The translations under genes were made by a program, and so were the position numbers. The notes below the pieces were generated by a model that saw nothing but the letters and a program-made list of their open reading frames with translations, was not told where the DNA came from and did not search any database. 64,000 nt of DNA from Azolla caroliniana (taxonomy: Eukaryota > Plantae > Polypodiophyta), in contig JBHGNT010000018.1 in NCBI GenBank assembly GCA_043228905.1, positions 14,570,001-14,634,000 of the forward strand. The letters run 5' to 3'. This document shows positions 61,493-64,000 of the stretch, piece by piece. Numbering within the stretch: the first letter of the stretch is position 1; every line of letters starts with the position of its first letter.

Positions 61493-64000
61493 CATACGTG
61501 TGCATATTGCATCTTCTTGATTTCCCTCGTTCCACGCGATTTTCACACTGTTGCCGAAAATCTTCACGACATCCACCCCCACCAAACCGCACGTTCTCCG
61601 GTACATGCCAAGAAGTGAGTGTGAGATTTTGGCTACGGTGATCAATCAATTTCCTTGATGGCCTCATCAACCTCGCTCACATTTGTGGATGCCGTCGTAC
61701 TATCTTCATTGTTGAGGTCATCCAGGTTACGATCCTCATCTTGTCTTTTCTTGAATATGTTTACTCTTTTCCCCGCAATGGGTATGGCCAGCCTTGATCT
61801 GTTTAGCTCTGCGAGGTGGTAGGTGGCGTTGTCGTTGGCACTCATCACCACATACGATCCGAACCACCTTCTTGCGAACTTCCTTGTCGTCCTGTGTTGG
61901 TTCCCTAGGTTGTTGTCATAGAACAATACCCAATCTCCTTCTTTGATCTTCTTGGGACGCAGTCGGTGTGTATTATCAAACCAAATCTTATTCTTCACGC
62001 GGGTTGTCTCCATTATCTTTCGCGCACTCTCTAGGTCTTCGGGTCTTCTTTCGAGTTGTCTGATTCATGCCGCCAATAATTCTTCCCAACTCATCTCATT
62101 CTCCCATGGTATTGCTACCCATGAGGCGATCGTCCTCTTGATGGGCATTACTGGTTTCTGTCCATACATGAGCTCTGCTGGCATATAGCCTGTCACGGAA
62201 CTGTGCGAGTTCTATTAGCCCACAATGCATAGGGCAATAATCGCGGCCAATTCCCAACTCGACCATCACATGCTCGTACGATGGCTTTGACTATTGGTTC
62301 ATGCCCTCGGTCAATCTTCCCATTTGCTTCCGGATTATAGGTAGTTGTGAGGGAGAGGTTTACGCCTAGTCGCTCAAAGAGCTCCATTGCTTCATGTGCA
62401 TCTAGCTCTCCTCGGTCGACCACTATCTTTCCCACACATCCATATCGGCAGACAACCTCTTCGAGTAGAAATTTGCATATGGCTGTCGTTGTCTTATTTG
62501 CTAAGGCTCGTCCATCTACTTGGTTTGTTAGGTCTTCCCTCGCTAGTACCAAGTACTTCATCTGTCCCACTCCCATTGGCATCGAGACCAGATCCACCAT
62601 CCATTTAAAGTGTATGGTGAGTGGGTATTGGTCGCAACCCATCACAGTGACGTATGTTCGAATGTACTTGAAAACTTTCGCATGTGGACATGAAATGTAG
62701 TACATCTTTATACATGCTCGGCCACCAATACTTTTCCTTTAGCTTTTCAAACGTTGCCCATGTTCCTCTATGACTTGCCCATGGACTTTTGTGGAATTCA
62801 GACATCAATGTTGTTTGGTCATCTTTCTTCACCACTACTCGTTGTGGCATCCCGATCCTTCTCTTTGGATGCTGCCAGAGGAATCCTCCCTTCAGAAAGT
62901 ATTTCTAAGCTTTCTTTCGTATTTGTAGAGCCTCCTCCTTCGTCCATGAAGCATATGCCATCATCATTCTCAAGAATCTACCGATTAGTAACCACTCCCC
63001 TTCATACTCGTTCTCGTTGAAAGCGTGGAGGGTTGGTGGGCCTCTATCTTTTGCCGACAGTTGGGCTGCCTTAAAGAAGTCGAGGGCGACGTTTTCATCT
63101 TCTGAAACCATGTCACTTTCATCCTCGAATCTTGTTCTTGACAGCATATCAGCCATGGAATTCTTCTTCCCAGCAATGTGGCGGATTTCCGAGTTCAAAG
63201 AATTTATATAAGTGATCCACCTTAACATAGCCAGATCTGGTGTCGCACATCCGGAGATCATCCCAAGGATTGGGAGGCAATCCGTTTCAATTACCACCTC
63301 TGACCCGATCAGGTAGTCCAAGCTTGTCTACTTTTACTGCAGACACGATACCCCAAAGTTCCCGCTTTACTTGGGCGTATCCTCGTCGTCGTTTGCTAAG
63401 AACCTTTGCTCCAAACCAGATCGCGTACCGTATGCTATCTTCTCCTTCTTGGTTGATGACCCATCCAATTCCCGTTGGACTCGTATCTACTGTGACGTAG
63501 ATGGGCATCCCTTCTTTGTAGATAGCTTTCCTTAAAGTTGGTGCTGCCACCAGTAGCCCTTTTAACCTCTTCATCGCCTCTATGTGTATTGGTTCCCATT
63601 TGAATTTTCTCCCTTTTTTCAGTAAGCTATACAAGGGTTCGACCACATGAGCATAGTGCGGAATCCAAATGTGGTAGAACGCACATGCTCCTAAGAATCT
63701 TCGAACCTTTGTTTGCGTTCCACATTCCTCTCGCATCTCTTGAATAGCATTCACCTTCTCGGGAGAGGGTTTTCGTCCATATGGTCCACAAGAGATGTCC
63801 CACTACTAGGATCTCGCGTTGGCCAAATGCTGATTTTTCTTCGGAGAATGTGAGCCCTGCACCTTCTAGTCTTTCTAGCACTCTTCCATAGTCTTTAATA
63901 TGGTTTGAGACAAATCTTCGACATCCATCTTGATCTAAAGACTCGTCCTTCTCTGATTCGGGGCACCCCTTTATAGGGATATCATCCAGCAAAGGCATCG

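Larger units (their letters stand above)
57084..64000 (-). mobile_element. W2: W1-lineage gypsy element (3' LTR 57084-61571 interrupted by N1; IN-RNaseH-RT to the window end)
   Basis: Pol fragments closely resemble W1 (VDTSPTGIGW, YLVLAREDLTNQV, ARRWFGSYVV). LTR starts TGTCGTGAAGA after GGGGGTGGA and shares GGTGGTCCCG near its end with the W1 LTR. Confidence 0.85.

Overview
Eukaryotic land-plant genomic DNA; a non-seed plant such as a fern is inferred from the retroelement types, not proven. Bases ~730-10,010 hold an apparently intact, multi-exon, minus-strand homeobox-DDT (RINGLET/RLT-like) chromatin gene, with a microsatellite-rich upstream region. From ~14.6 kb to the end is a nested LTR-retrotransposon cluster: three Ty1/copia elements (C1-C3, tRNA-Met PBS), four related non-chromovirus Ty3/gypsy elements (G1-G4; G1, G2 and G4 retain an extra sense-strand coiled-coil ORF), two copies of a gypsy lineage whose complete copy has a tRNA-Trp PBS and a 4-bp TSD (W1, W2), a non-autonomous element with discordant LTRs (N1) plus its solo LTR, and several MITEs. 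The most striking signal is in G1, G2 and G4. Their LTRs are unrelated, yet none has a polypurine tract. Instead, 2 nt before the 3' LTR, each carries a conserved sense-strand mimic of a tRNA 3' half ending in CCA (GTGGGTTCGA-[hairpin]-GTCCCAC-GGGCGTGCCA). This suggests tRNA- or tRNA-mimic-primed plus-strand synthesis. All analysis was by eye; tRNA isotype assignments are from memory and need database confirmation.
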